Of a stretch of DNA of 64,000 bases, positions 29,701 through 38,781 are shown in pieces. Made by a program: the position numbers and the translations under genes. Below the pieces are notes generated by a model that worked only from the letters and a program-made list of their open reading frames with translations, was not told where the DNA came from and ran no database searches. The first letter of the stretch is position 1, and the number at the start of each line of letters is the position of its first letter. Source of the DNA: Parcubacteria group bacterium (GTDB lineage Bacteria; Patescibacteriota; Minisyncoccia; Moranbacterales; UBA2206); NCBI GenBank assembly GCA_041659505.1, contig JBAZYF010000001.1, forward strand, positions 321,719 through 385,718, in the 5' to 3' direction.

Positions 29701-32700
29701 ACTGCCGGAACCTTACTGGTAGTGTTATTTAAATTTTCCCAAGTATAAACCGGGCCGGTTTGTGAGGCATTGAAACGGTAATATTCATTACCCGTAGCTA
29801 CATTTCCCCCTCCGCGTGTCACATAAATATAGCCATCTCCACCATCCATCATAGCTGACCCAGCTCCAGCCGCCCCAGGAAGCGGACCAATATTGGTCCA
29901 GCCCGTCCCAAACTTATAACGATAGACACTTGTACTACTACCACCTTGTGTCTTATATATATATTCATTATCACTTGCGTCTTTGTAGTATAAAATTTTT
30001 GATCCATCGTTGGAATTACAACTGCCCGTGCCAGTCATAGCCAACCAGACCGGAGTATCTGTTTCCTTTGTGTCATATTTCCACCAAACAGTATTGGCGC
30101 CTCCTTGAGTCAGATAAATATATCTTGAACCGTCATAAGTCATCGATGAACCGGTGGCTATTTGAAGACTAGGTAGATTACTCAAAACATTCGACCAGGA
30201 ATTTTTGTTTACATCATAACGGAAAAAATATGGACTCTTGGTATCTGTCCGACGCGTTCTCAGACCGCCGGGAACATAATAAATAGAGCCACCCTCCAAA
30301 CTTCCATCTACATAGGCGGCGCTGGCTCCATTAAACGCTCCCACCGGTAGCCGAGCTAATTCATTCGAAGCTCCTGTGGAAACGTCATATTTTTCAAAAG
30401 TATTATCATAGCCACCACGAAACATATAGAGATTCCTACTGTCGTCATCAACCGTAAAAGCGCCGTTAGTGAAGGGAAAGAAAGAATCAACATTATTATT
30501 GTTCCCTTTCGGAATTTCTGGACCAAATAGGCCCCTTTGCGGTGTCTCCCAACTGTTCTCGGCAACATTAAACCGGTAAAAAAGATTGGTATTGCCACCA
30601 CGCATAAAATAAATATACCCATCATATGCAACTAGCGATGCTCCGGGATATGCCACCAGACTCGGAGCGTCGGGAAGATTAGACCAATCATCGGTTTTAA
30701 TATCGTACTTCAAAAAAGACTGATGGAAATTATTATACGCAGCGTTATTTCCTGTAATGGCATAAATTGAATCAGTTTCACTATCATAGGTCAGACTTCC
30801 ACCGTTATAAAATCCTTCCGGCGCCGGAGTAAGTGGCGTCCAAGTATTTTTTACCTCTCCATAATCTGCGTCATTACCAAAAGAATACTTGGCAAAATAG
30901 GAATACTGATTTCCCTGAATCACATACATATTGTTACGTTCGTCATAAACAGAATCCCCACCTTCTCCGGTAAACTGTCCGCTGGCCGCATCATAAGGAT
31001 TGCCAAAATCGGCATTTTCAATGGACGCCGGGCTGTAGGGGTTTTTCCACCCTCCGGTGCATCCGCTCACTCCATTACAGGTATCATAAATCAAAAGGAC
31101 ATCATCTGTTCCTGGCATAGCATAAATATAACGCGAACCATCATAAGTCAGATTACTTCCCGCCGCAAAAGATTTGGGAGCGTTCCCCAATTCCACCCAG
31201 GAATTATTAAGAATATTATAAGTCCAAAAAGCCGCCGCGTTAACGACAACCTCATTGCCCGCTCCTCGAGTCGCATAAAGATACCCTTCGGGACCCTCCA
31301 CGAGCGAACCACCCGTATTGGAGTTGTAGGGAGTCGTGGCTCTGGTTGTCCAAGTGTCCGTTTCAATTTCGTAGCGGTAAAAAATTTTTAAATTATTCCC
31401 TGCCATTGTATAGAGGCAATGATTGTCATTGAACTGATATGGCGGCTCGACGTCAGTGTCATCTTTGCACCTGCCCAGCGCCAATTCTCCTCCACCATAA
31501 ACATTACCCAAGAGAGTGCTTAAACGATTTTGATTCCAAAAACCAGAGACAGGACTTAATTTCAATGATGCCGCGTCCCCCGTACCAAAAACAGCTACGT
31601 CAGAAGAAGACCCTCCGCTAGTGAAATCATTCGTGCTCGTTACTACGCTATGCAAAGGATCCACGCCTGTAGCAGTGGAAACACCGGCATAATTATACAC
31701 AAAAGCATCCCAAATTTCATTCGCCATCTTGCCTTCATTATCTTTTGTTTTTATTTTCAAATGATAATCTCCCGTTGAAAGTGGCGTATTGGCCAAATAA
31801 GTCGCACCGGATTGGAATGACCAATTACTGCCTGTCACCGGTTCGGAACAATTACTATCACTGTCAAAACAAACATAATATCCATTAATGCCAGATCCAT
31901 TATCAGTCATTCCTAACCAAGAAAAATAAGGATGTTCATAGGGATAACCCTCGCTATATTCTGATTCTATGGCAAATCCTCCTACTTGCTGGGAATATCC
32001 CTGAAGACTTGATGGGTTAGTCGGCACTTGGCTGTTGTGATTATAGGAAAACGTGTAGTCATAAACAGTAGGCGTGTTCTGTCCGTCTGTCGAAACAAAA
32101 TTTATCTTAATTTTGATATATCTTCGGGTTCCCTCCGATGAAGAGATGTCTGCCGTCAAAAGGCCATCCTCCTCTTGTGCGTTATCCACTTCGTGCCAGT
32201 TACTACTATTGGTTTCGTCCGGCCAGTTGGCATTATCCGCATCAGTCATGGTCGAGAAAGTTATTCCGGTATTAAGTGGGATATCCACATTAGCGCTGAT
32301 ACCCTCCCAACTGGAAACCGTCGAGAGATCCATCGCCTGGCTGATGTACGTACCCGCTGATACTGATGAATTAACAAAATTGTGAGCACCTATTTGAAAA
32401 TGTCGCATGGAAGTCTGATCCTGAGCAGTTCCATAATTTCCTATTAGGGCATACAAAGAGCTTCCTCCTGAATATTCTATGTTGGCTCCTTGCCACACCC
32501 CTCGACCAAAAGTATATTTTTCGGTCGCCGGCAGTTTTCGCCAGGAATTATTGGAAATATCATATTCCCAAATTTCATCTTTGTAATATCCCGCTAGCGC
32601 GTAAATCTTACCGGCAAAGTAAGTCATAGTTGTTCCGTAATATTGAGCAAACGGAGTTGAGGCCAGCTTACTCCATACCCAAGAACCGGTAGAATTGGAA

Positions 32701-34709
32701 TACTTCAAGAAAGTCGTTTCCCCGTCTCCCAAAGTCAGATAGATATCGGTGCTGTTGACTTCTTCGCTAAAATATGTTCCTGGTGAAACCATCCGAGCGC
32801 CAACATTAGCAAAATACGCGACGCCTCCAACAACAATATCATTAGTCGCGCCACTAATACGAGCACAAGCAGAAAAACTAGTACCACAATCATAGAAGTA
32901 ACTTGAAATCGGGCTAGCTCCTCCGCCCGGCATTACATAATAATGACTGCCATTATAAATTATTCCTCCGCCATTCCCAACTGTCGGCATTCCAGTGGGA
33001 ACAGAAGAACCCCAACTCCCCGGAGCAGCTTGAGTAGTATCAAAAGTATAAACGGATGTTCCGCGCGGATAATATATAACTCCGGAAACCTCGTTAATTG
33101 TTCCGGTTGCATCAGCTGTTACGCTCGCTATTGATCCTCGCGTAATCCAGTCATTTTGCGAAACATCGTATTCATTGAAATAAACCGAATTGCCAGAAAC
33201 GGCGAAAACAGAGCTATCCTCCGCAACTGTCTTGCCATTCCAAATCAGATCGCCACCTGTTCCCACAGCCCTTAAGGTACCGGCTCCGTCCTGGACTTGC
33301 TCCGGACCGACCCATTGATGACCAATTGCTCCGCTTGGGTCATATTTCCAAAGATCAGTCGTTGCCGCACTTCCATTGCTGGCTCTTATGACATAAATAT
33401 TTTTATCCGTTTCATTGTAAGTCAAAGAAGAATAATTATTGTTTCCGGGAGCATTATCCACTGTAAACCAAGTATTTTTTTGTCCCGGACAAGTGCCGTC
33501 TGACCCATCATCACAAGTAATCTGATAGCGATAGAAGGTGGCCGTGTTAGTGGAACGCAAAAAGAAGAGACTTTTGGCGTGGCCCGCTCCTCCGCCATCC
33601 CAATAGACTCCCTTTTGCTCCCCATTAAAGTTAGCTAGAGTATTTGCCATTAGCTCCCAACTGCCCATATCATCATCCGTCGCGGGAATTAAAAAACGAT
33701 AAAAACTTGCAGTATTGCTTCCCCGAATTGCATAAAGATATCCATCATGACCATAGACAAGATCCCCTCCGGTATTAACGGTGGCTGGTGAAGTTATGCC
33801 GGATAAGTTTTGCCAATAAGGATCATCGGCATTTACATGATATTTATAAAAGTCACCGCTGGCATTTCCCCGTAAAAAATAAACGTCCGCACCGTCAGTT
33901 TCGATAGATGATCCATAGTAAGTAGAATCCCGCAAATCCGGAAGCTGTTTCCAACTTTGAGTCGCAATATTGAATTCATAAAATTTTTGTAAATATCCCC
34001 CAAAAATAGCATATATTTTCCCCGTTCCTTCGGTTGCGCCGGGAATAAAAGTCATATCAGCACCATAATTGGCGGGAAAAGGAAGATCCGGCAATGTTTC
34101 CCAGCGATCATTTACTGTGTCATAACGCCAAAATTCTTTATCCGCATATCCTCGCATAACATATAAATAGTTCCAGGCCATCTTGGAAGCACTGCCAAAA
34201 TATATTGTGTCCGGCGGAGCCGCCCACAGCCTAGCATCCCAGCTCCCCTGTGGCGCTAGCTGAATAGCATCTTGGCTAGTATTAGTGGTTACGCCGGTCA
34301 ATGACCCTAACTCCCAATCAAACGCAGAAGTCACTGTTTTGAATTGGGGTGAGGCGAGAATCGTTGGGATAATTCCGCCCAAAAAGACAAAAATTACAAA
34401 AGTAACAGTTAGGCGCAAAGTGGTTTTTGAAGCAAAAAGGATAATTTTAGTAAAGATCTTCTTTATATAACCAAAGATCGCTACCCATTTGCGCCGACGA
34501 AGATAGCTTTTCCCCAGGCTATGCTTGGAAGCCAAGTCATAATCTTGCAAAAATCCGCCCAGGCTTTCTTGGGTGATGAGAATTTTTTTCTTCCGTCTGC
34601 GCCTGCTTTCCAGATGAAAAAAGGTGAAAAATTTTCCCCACAAAAACGCCGTCTTTTTTTGAGAATATCTGGAAAGTCTATTTTTTTTATGTTTGGTCAG
34701 GTTGATCAA
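26682..34709 (-). CDS. Giant (2675 aa) membrane-anchored surface protein with repeated Kelch-type beta-propeller motifs and fibronectin-III-like domains
   Basis: N-terminal TM (VTFVIFVFLGGIIPTILA), dozens of Y-x-x-R/G-G...W-x-x-L repeats (YVMRGYADKEFWRYDTVNDRWETLPDLP and similar) and FN3-like blocks toward the C-terminus. The stop overlaps the ABC ATPase start. Confidence 0.75.
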   Translation of the reverse strand: MINLTKHKKNRLSRYSQKKTAFLWGKFFTFFHLESRRRRKKKILITQESLGGFLQDYDLASKHSLGKSYLRRRKWVAIFGYIKKIFTKIILFASKTTLRLTVTFVIFVFLGGIIPTILASPQFKTVTSAFDWELGSLTGVTTNTSQDAIQLAPQGSWDARLWAAPPDTIYFGSASKMAWNYLYVMRGYADKEFWRYDTVNDRWETLPDLPFPANYGADMTFIPGATEGTGKIYAIFGGYLQKFYEFNIATQSWKQLPDLRDSTYYGSSIETDGADVYFLRGNASGDFYKYHVNADDPYWQNLSGITSPATVNTGGDLVYGHDGYLYAIRGSNTASFYRFLIPATDDDMGSWELMANTLANFNGEQKGVYWDGGGAGHAKSLFFLRSTNTATFYRYQITCDDGSDGTCPGQKNTWFTVDNAPGNNNYSSLTYNETDKNIYVIRASNGSAATTDLWKYDPSGAIGHQWVGPEQVQDGAGTLRAVGTGGDLIWNGKTVAEDSSVFAVSGNSVYFNEYDVSQNDWITRGSIASVTADATGTINEVSGVIYYPRGTSVYTFDTTQAAPGSWGSSVPTGMPTVGNGGGIIYNGSHYYVMPGGGASPISSYFYDCGTSFSACARISGATNDIVVGGVAYFANVGARMVSPGTYFSEEVNSTDIYLTLGDGETTFLKYSNSTGSWVWSKLASTPFAQYYGTTMTYFAGKIYALAGYYKDEIWEYDISNNSWRKLPATEKYTFGRGVWQGANIEYSGGSSLYALIGNYGTAQDQTSMRHFQIGAHNFVNSSVSAGTYISQAMDLSTVSSWEGISANVDIPLNTGITFSTMTDADNANWPDETNSSNWHEVDNAQEEDGLLTADISSSEGTRRYIKIKINFVSTDGQNTPTVYDYTFSYNHNSQVPTNPSSLQGYSQQVGGFAIESEYSEGYPYEHPYFSWLGMTDNGSGINGYYVCFDSDSNCSEPVTGSNWSFQSGATYLANTPLSTGDYHLKIKTKDNEGKMANEIWDAFVYNYAGVSTATGVDPLHSVVTSTNDFTSGGSSSDVAVFGTGDAASLKLSPVSGFWNQNRLSTLLGNVYGGGELALGRCKDDTDVEPPYQFNDNHCLYTMAGNNLKIFYRYEIETDTWTTRATTPYNSNTGGSLVEGPEGYLYATRGAGNEVVVNAAAFWTYNILNNSWVELGNAPKSFAAGSNLTYDGSRYIYAMPGTDDVLLIYDTCNGVSGCTGGWKNPYSPASIENADFGNPYDAASGQFTGEGGDSVYDERNNMYVIQGNQYSYFAKYSFGNDADYGEVKNTWTPLTPAPEGFYNGGSLTYDSETDSIYAITGNNAAYNNFHQSFLKYDIKTDDWSNLPDAPSLVAYPGASLVAYDGYIYFMRGGNTNLFYRFNVAENSWETPQRGLFGPEIPKGNNNNVDSFFPFTNGAFTVDDDSRNLYMFRGGYDNTFEKYDVSTGASNELARLPVGAFNGASAAYVDGSLEGGSIYYVPGGLRTRRTDTKSPYFFRYDVNKNSWSNVLSNLPSLQIATGSSMTYDGSRYIYLTQGGANTVWWKYDTKETDTPVWLAMTGTGSCNSNDGSKILYYKDASDNEYIYKTQGGSSTSVYRYKFGTGWTNIGPLPGAAGAGSAMMDGGDGYIYVTRGGGNVATGNEYYRFNASQTGPVYTWENLNNTTSKVPAVVTTGGSGTNVSNRNWITSGNATYTYSSFQDGLFNYVVSSSANQVGFSKTGNYVSGVIDTHNSVYRWGNISIDYTLPDEVNNFLTFETRTSESGSLLPEDEADWSTWTPVSNEHVYGNRHVFNINSDPRQYIQVRIGFASADQIFSPRVDDFSIYYYQDIEQPNSPSAVTAYSKEATSAEDPRVIITNVTDEEYPTGQNWYGYDTPYFEWPVAGEANGASDNPNPGGSGISGYYVCFGTEEECPDAIANGDFQEGNTFSAPTLLPTDSGKKYYLKIAAVDNVGLPSESYTGFIYQLDKTAPTLPTNISANPSSYSSSSKFTWSWLDDAEDDQSGIDRFQYRLGNETPDTWHELTELGTLSQIVEPYQPNENEFYLKVLDVAGNETVSGAKYFFWSGGAASKPIGLEVNPSNEDNVTNNFTFTWHIPESYAGDSSKITYFYSVNYDPTPFNTVETTATSAGPGPFATQFGKNTFHIVAMSEGGSKTNPDDVDWEHPADVFFYARTTAPGPPLNAQAFDTSDREAAEYSIALKWSAPTTYDEGNFAGYAIFRSDDGINFGDEIAMTTGSAFVDTNLESKLYYYYVKSKDKTNNYSIPTSIVSLTPTGRYTTAPTLVGVPKVTVQSFAANFTWATNRVASSFVEYGTSSSFGKTNGQVDSLTDHMVDVTGLSAGTKYFYRVKYIDPDGNIGMSDILNFITLPPPTISEVLITNIVLNEAIVSWETNVSAACTLSYGAGTNKEESGGASHVQRINNLSADSTYTLKISCVDADLNEFSSDEYTFVTPKQPTASDVTVQNEENVDLPTIVIRYLTNVPTTTLVYFKSSEESSPHTFLTSEKVTEHEARIEGLDPAKEYTLSITGTDDNGINITPLEQKITTKSDSRPPKVVTNRSLGKVLGRGNNSQANVYIKIETDEETNVKVKYAKGVVTSTLEQTVSSDGLNTYHLITIPAEPGQVYSYEAECYDAVGNLTKTEITSVVVEKAKASATEVITGTFASRFGWMSNLWAK

Positions 34710-34881
34710 CTTTTTTTATTTTTACATTTTTTAACACACCGCGATGACTTGCATTTTTGCAAGTTTGCCAAAAATTCTATATAAATAAATACAAAAAAAC
34801 ATTTGGTTTTTTCGCCATTTATCACTCTAATTATTATACCATAAAATTTATTAAAAAAAAGCAGCCCGTCAAATATAAACC

Positions 34882-34907
34882 AAGCCCCGGAAATATTTCC
34901 GGGGCTT
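34882..34907 (-). terminator. Terminator-like hairpin after the response-regulator gene
   Basis: Perfect 9-bp stem AAGCCCCGG-AAATATTT-CCGGGGCTT, followed on the minus strand by a GGTTTATATTT T-rich tract. Confidence 0.5.
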
Positions 34908-34946
34908 GTGAAAAAAAGTTGGAATGTTTCAGAAAAACAAGAAACG

Positions 34947-35330
34947 TTAATCACTGACAATTTCCTTCACCCGCTCAATAATTTGCGCCATTTTCCACTC
35001 TGCTTTGAGCATATATTCTTGGATACCCAATTTTTTCGCCTCTTCAATTTTATGCATATCGCTGATATTGGTCAGTAAAATCACAGGAACATTATTCCCC
35101 CACGCATCATGCCTTAATTTTTCCAGCATCTCAAGGCCGTCCATGTTAGGCATGGCGATATCCAGAAGAATCACCAATGGGTGAATTTCTAATGCCTTCT
35201 CTAATCCTTCTGCGCCATCTTTGGCGAGTGCGACGGAAAACCCGGAAGTGCCGAACTTATCGCTCAAAATTTCTCGCATATCCTCTTCGTCATCAACGAT
35301 GAGAATTTTTCTTTCTTTGTCGTTTGCCAT
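34947..35330 (-). CDS. Single-domain response-regulator receiver (CheY-like)
   Basis: ILIVDDEEDMREI...ILLDIAMPNMDG...PVILLT receiver blocks. The probable ATG is at 35330; the track's GTG start is at 35339. Confidence 0.8.
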   Translation of the reverse strand: MANDKERKILIVDDEEDMREILSDKFGTSGFSVALAKDGAEGLEKALEIHPLVILLDIAMPNMDGLEMLEKLRHDAWGNNVPVILLTNISDMHKIEEAKKLGIQEYMLKAEWKMAQIIERVKEIVSD

Positions 35331-35339
35331 TTTATTCAC

Positions 35340-35517
35340 GACTTACGCATTTACCCGAGTCAACTGTATTTTCTAAAAAAACGTGTCTGAGAATGCCTTT
35401 TTTCTTCAAAATTTTCCACTGGTTGCCTTTGATAGAGGGAAAATTTTGAAAAGAAAAAAGAGCGTTCGAGTTATTTTTTTAGAAAATACGGTTGCGAGGT
35501 AAGACGCGTAAATCCTA
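35340..35517. repeat. Palindromic ~175-bp element, family B, copy 2 (abuts response-regulator start)
   Basis: About 90% identical to copy 1 over ~170 bp. Confidence 0.6.
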
Positions 35518-35532
35518 TTATTAATAAAAAAT

Positions 35533-37524
35533 TTAAATTAATTTTCTCGTTCCTTCTTTTTTGGGCATACCAGATTCTGGCAAAATAACCGTGAAAGTCG
35601 TGCCTTTGTTTTCAATCGAATCAAATTTGATCGTTCCGCCGGAATGTTCAATGATTGCTTTTATGATATAGAGCCCCAGACCAGTCCCCTCGGCGTCTTT
35701 TTCTTTGGCATTATCCGCTCGGAAAAAACGAGTAAAAATATCGGATTTCTGATTGTCCGTGATGCCAATCCCCTGATCAACCACTCGAATCACAATGTTA
35801 GGTGATTTTTGAGAGATTTCCAAGACTACCTTACCATCTCGCTTGGAATATTTGATCGCATTGGTCAAGAGATTCTGAAAGATCATCGTTATCAATTGCT
35901 GATCTCCTTTGAGCATTATCTTCTTTCCGGAAAACTTTTTCTCAATAGAAATATTTTGGATCGAACTGAATGAGCTGAGATCTTTAACAAGATTTTCTGC
36001 CAATCGCACCAGATCAATCTCTTTTGTTTCAATTGAAAAAGTGCCCATTTCCAGCCGAGAAGTATTAAGGAGCGCCCGCACCAACTCAACCATCCGGTTG
36101 GTAGCATGGCTGATTTTTTCCAAATATGTTTTTTGTTTTTCCGAAAAACCCCGCTGATCTTCCAGCAGCGCTTCACTATGCCAACTGATGATGGAGAGCG
36201 GGGTGCGCAACTGATGGGAAGCCAAAGAGACAAACTCGGTCTTGGCTTTGTCAATTTCATTTTCCTTGGTGATATCACGAAAAACCAAAATGGCACCGAT
36301 TAATTTGTTCTCGGAAATGACCGGCGAAGCCGTAATGAAAACGGGAATTTTTCTGCCAGAATGGACACAAAAATATTTTCCTGAAATTTTTTCCCCGCTA
36401 GTGATCGTTTTTTGCAAAGGCTTTTCTTTGTTTGAAAGTTTTTTTTCAAATTCATCTTCAACTTCATACAGCTCCGCTGTGGTTTTCCCCAAAAGCTCTT
36501 TACTCGGCCTGCCCAAGATGACCTCGGTCTGCCTGTTGACTAAAATCACTTTGCCCTTTTTGTCGATCGCGATGATGCCCTCTCCGACACTATCCAAAAA
36601 AGCCTCCTCCTTTGCTTTGTCCTCAGTAATATTCCTCGCACAAGCCACTATCTCATTCGTCTTCGCTTTAACTTTTTTTTCCATCTGCGTATGAAGAATT
36701 TCCAATTCAAGCGCCATCTGATTGAATGTTTTGGCGATCATCCCAAATTCATTGTCTCCGACAATATCTATCCTAGTTTTGAAATCACTGCTAAATTTAG
36801 CGATAGATTTGGTAATTTTATCGATCGGACGCAAGGCATATTGCAGATAGAAAAACAGGAAGAGTGGGAAAAAAATAGAAATTACTCCCAAGACTTCCCA
36901 AAGCACCATCCGCATGTCTCGTTCATAGGCCAGTATCGTTTCCGCGGGAATATCCACGCCAACAATGGCGATCGCCTCACCCTTCTCATTGAAAATTGGA
37001 GCATAGCCGGACAACCAACAGCCCCATTTGTCGCAACTGATTTGTTTGTCAGTTGTCTTGGCCTCAAAAGCCTTCGCCATTTCCGGAAAAGCCGAGATTT
37101 CATATTCTTCTTCAAAATCAACACCCACTTCATTTTCCTCAATCGCCCCGTTGCCATTCCGATCCTGGGTGTCATTTGCGCTAACGATGAACTTTAAGAT
37201 ATTGCGATAAGCGGATTTTTTCATGAGATAGATGTCATCAACTTCCGGATTGTTCATTTTGATTTTTTGAAGCATCCCTTTCAGCTCCAGATAGTTATCA
37301 CTGGCTGTGTCCGCTTCCGTCTGGATCGCCGCCACTTTTTCCGGATCAATAACCGCCGCCGAAGAAGAAGCGATAGCAAGCAATTTTTCCTGAGAAACTT
37401 CCCGGATCAGCGCTTGGCGAGTTTGATAGGTGATAACACCAACTACTATGAGGATTGTGACGACGACGACTTCTAAAACTAAGATGACTCTTGTTCTAAA
37501 ACTGATATCTCTTATTTTTTTCAT
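35533..37524 (-). CDS. Sensor histidine kinase with extracytoplasmic sensor, HAMP-like, PAS and HisKA-HATPase domains
   Basis: H-box SHQLRTPLSII and G-box GTGLGLYIIKAIIEHSGG, with two TM segments. Confidence 0.85.
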   Translation of the reverse strand: MKKIRDISFRTRVILVLEVVVVTILIVVGVITYQTRQALIREVSQEKLLAIASSSAAVIDPEKVAAIQTEADTASDNYLELKGMLQKIKMNNPEVDDIYLMKKSAYRNILKFIVSANDTQDRNGNGAIEENEVGVDFEEEYEISAFPEMAKAFEAKTTDKQISCDKWGCWLSGYAPIFNEKGEAIAIVGVDIPAETILAYERDMRMVLWEVLGVISIFFPLFLFFYLQYALRPIDKITKSIAKFSSDFKTRIDIVGDNEFGMIAKTFNQMALELEILHTQMEKKVKAKTNEIVACARNITEDKAKEEAFLDSVGEGIIAIDKKGKVILVNRQTEVILGRPSKELLGKTTAELYEVEDEFEKKLSNKEKPLQKTITSGEKISGKYFCVHSGRKIPVFITASPVISENKLIGAILVFRDITKENEIDKAKTEFVSLASHQLRTPLSIISWHSEALLEDQRGFSEKQKTYLEKISHATNRMVELVRALLNTSRLEMGTFSIETKEIDLVRLAENLVKDLSSFSSIQNISIEKKFSGKKIMLKGDQQLITMIFQNLLTNAIKYSKRDGKVVLEISQKSPNIVIRVVDQGIGITDNQKSDIFTRFFRADNAKEKDAEGTGLGLYIIKAIIEHSGGTIKFDSIENKGTTFTVILPESGMPKKEGTRKLI

Positions 37525-37662
37525 TTATTTTTTATTAATTGACTCTTTGTTTTTTATCATAACACGGATATGGAAAATTCAAAAAAATATTTTTTTACAG
37601 TATTCATTTTTATGCTATAATTTAGTCATCAAGAAGTCAGTTTGTGAGAATTATCACCAATT

Positions 37663-38691
37663 ATGCCCAATATCAACAAATTTTTTCAACGCTTATCTTC
37701 GAAAAACAAATACTTGCCTGCCGGATTAGCTACGCTCATTTTGGCTGTTCTTTTTTTGTCCGGTTTTTTTCTCGGCAGAAAGATGCAAACCGGAGACAAT
37801 GGGCAAAGCAAGGAGATCCGCCAATCATCCGGATATGCTTTTATTAACCCGCTTTTGGAATGCGAAGTTGGGAATGAATCACCAATCTTGAAATCAGCCG
37901 AGTTGAAAGTAAAAAAAGCGATCCAGGAGCAGATAATTGACAAAAACCCCTCCGCCAGCATTGCTTTTTATTATCGGGATCTGAATAATGGTCCGACATT
38001 TGGAATCAATGAACAGTCCAGCTATTCCCCAGCCAGTCTTTTGAAAGTTCCAATCATGTTGGCCTACTATAAATATTCCGAGCACGATCCGACTATTTTT
38101 GGGAAATCACTCACCGCGGGAAAACCAGCCACTGAGTTTTCCCAGCAGATCCAGCCGGAAAAACGGATTTCGGAAGGCAAGAGCTACACCGTTTCGCAAT
38201 TGATTGAAGCGATGATCAAATACTCTGACAACGATGCAACCAATCTTTTGTTTCAAAATGTCAACCAAAAAGATTTCGGCGCGGTCTTTTCCGATCTGGG
38301 AATCAATATGCCGGAAATCTACAATGCGAACAACTCGATGACCGTCAAAGATTATGCCTCTTTTTTCCGCATCCTCTATAACGCATCCTACCTAAACCGA
38401 GGACTTTCCGAGCAAGCATTAGCACTACTCGGAACGGTTGATTATAAGGGCGGACTCTTAGCTGGAACTCCGAAGGGAATTACAGTTGCCCATAAATTCG
38501 GAGAGCGAGAATCATTAGGTGATGATAAACAAGTCGTGAGGCAACTGCATGATTGCGGGATCGTGTACCATCCGCAAAGACCCTATCTGCTCTGCGTGAT
38601 GACCAAAGGGCAGGATTTCACCAAGCTTTCCCATATAATCGCCGGAATTTCTAAAATCATCTACGACCAAGTCGATTCCGGAGCACGTTGA
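37663..38691 (+). CDS. Class-A beta-lactamase-like serine hydrolase with N-terminal anchor
   Basis: S-x-x-K (SPASLLK), SDN loop (YSDNDATN) and K-F-G in place of the KTG triad, with an N-terminal TM. Confidence 0.6.
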   Translation: MPNINKFFQRLSSKNKYLPAGLATLILAVLFLSGFFLGRKMQTGDNGQSKEIRQSSGYAFINPLLECEVGNESPILKSAELKVKKAIQEQIIDKNPSASIAFYYRDLNNGPTFGINEQSSYSPASLLKVPIMLAYYKYSEHDPTIFGKSLTAGKPATEFSQQIQPEKRISEGKSYTVSQLIEAMIKYSDNDATNLLFQNVNQKDFGAVFSDLGINMPEIYNANNSMTVKDYASFFRILYNASYLNRGLSEQALALLGTVDYKGGLLAGTPKGITVAHKFGERESLGDDKQVVRQLHDCGIVYHPQRPYLLCVMTKGQDFTKLSHIIAGISKIIYDQVDSGAR

Positions 38692-38781
38692 AAATAAGGT
38701 TACCAAAAAAGAGACGGATTTTTCAATCCGTCTTTTTTTAACTTGAGTTTTTTTGATTTAGAACTTACGCAAGTCCCGCAA

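Noticed and set aside
26923-34470. Numerous short ORFs on both strands inside 26682-34709
   Set aside because: They are embedded in the 2675-aa repeat-protein gene, whose long frame and repeated Kelch motifs make it the real coding frame.
35909-37210. Multiple 60-170-aa plus-strand ORFs
   Set aside because: They lie inside the histidine-kinase gene on the opposite strand, and the kinase shows canonical H- and G-boxes.
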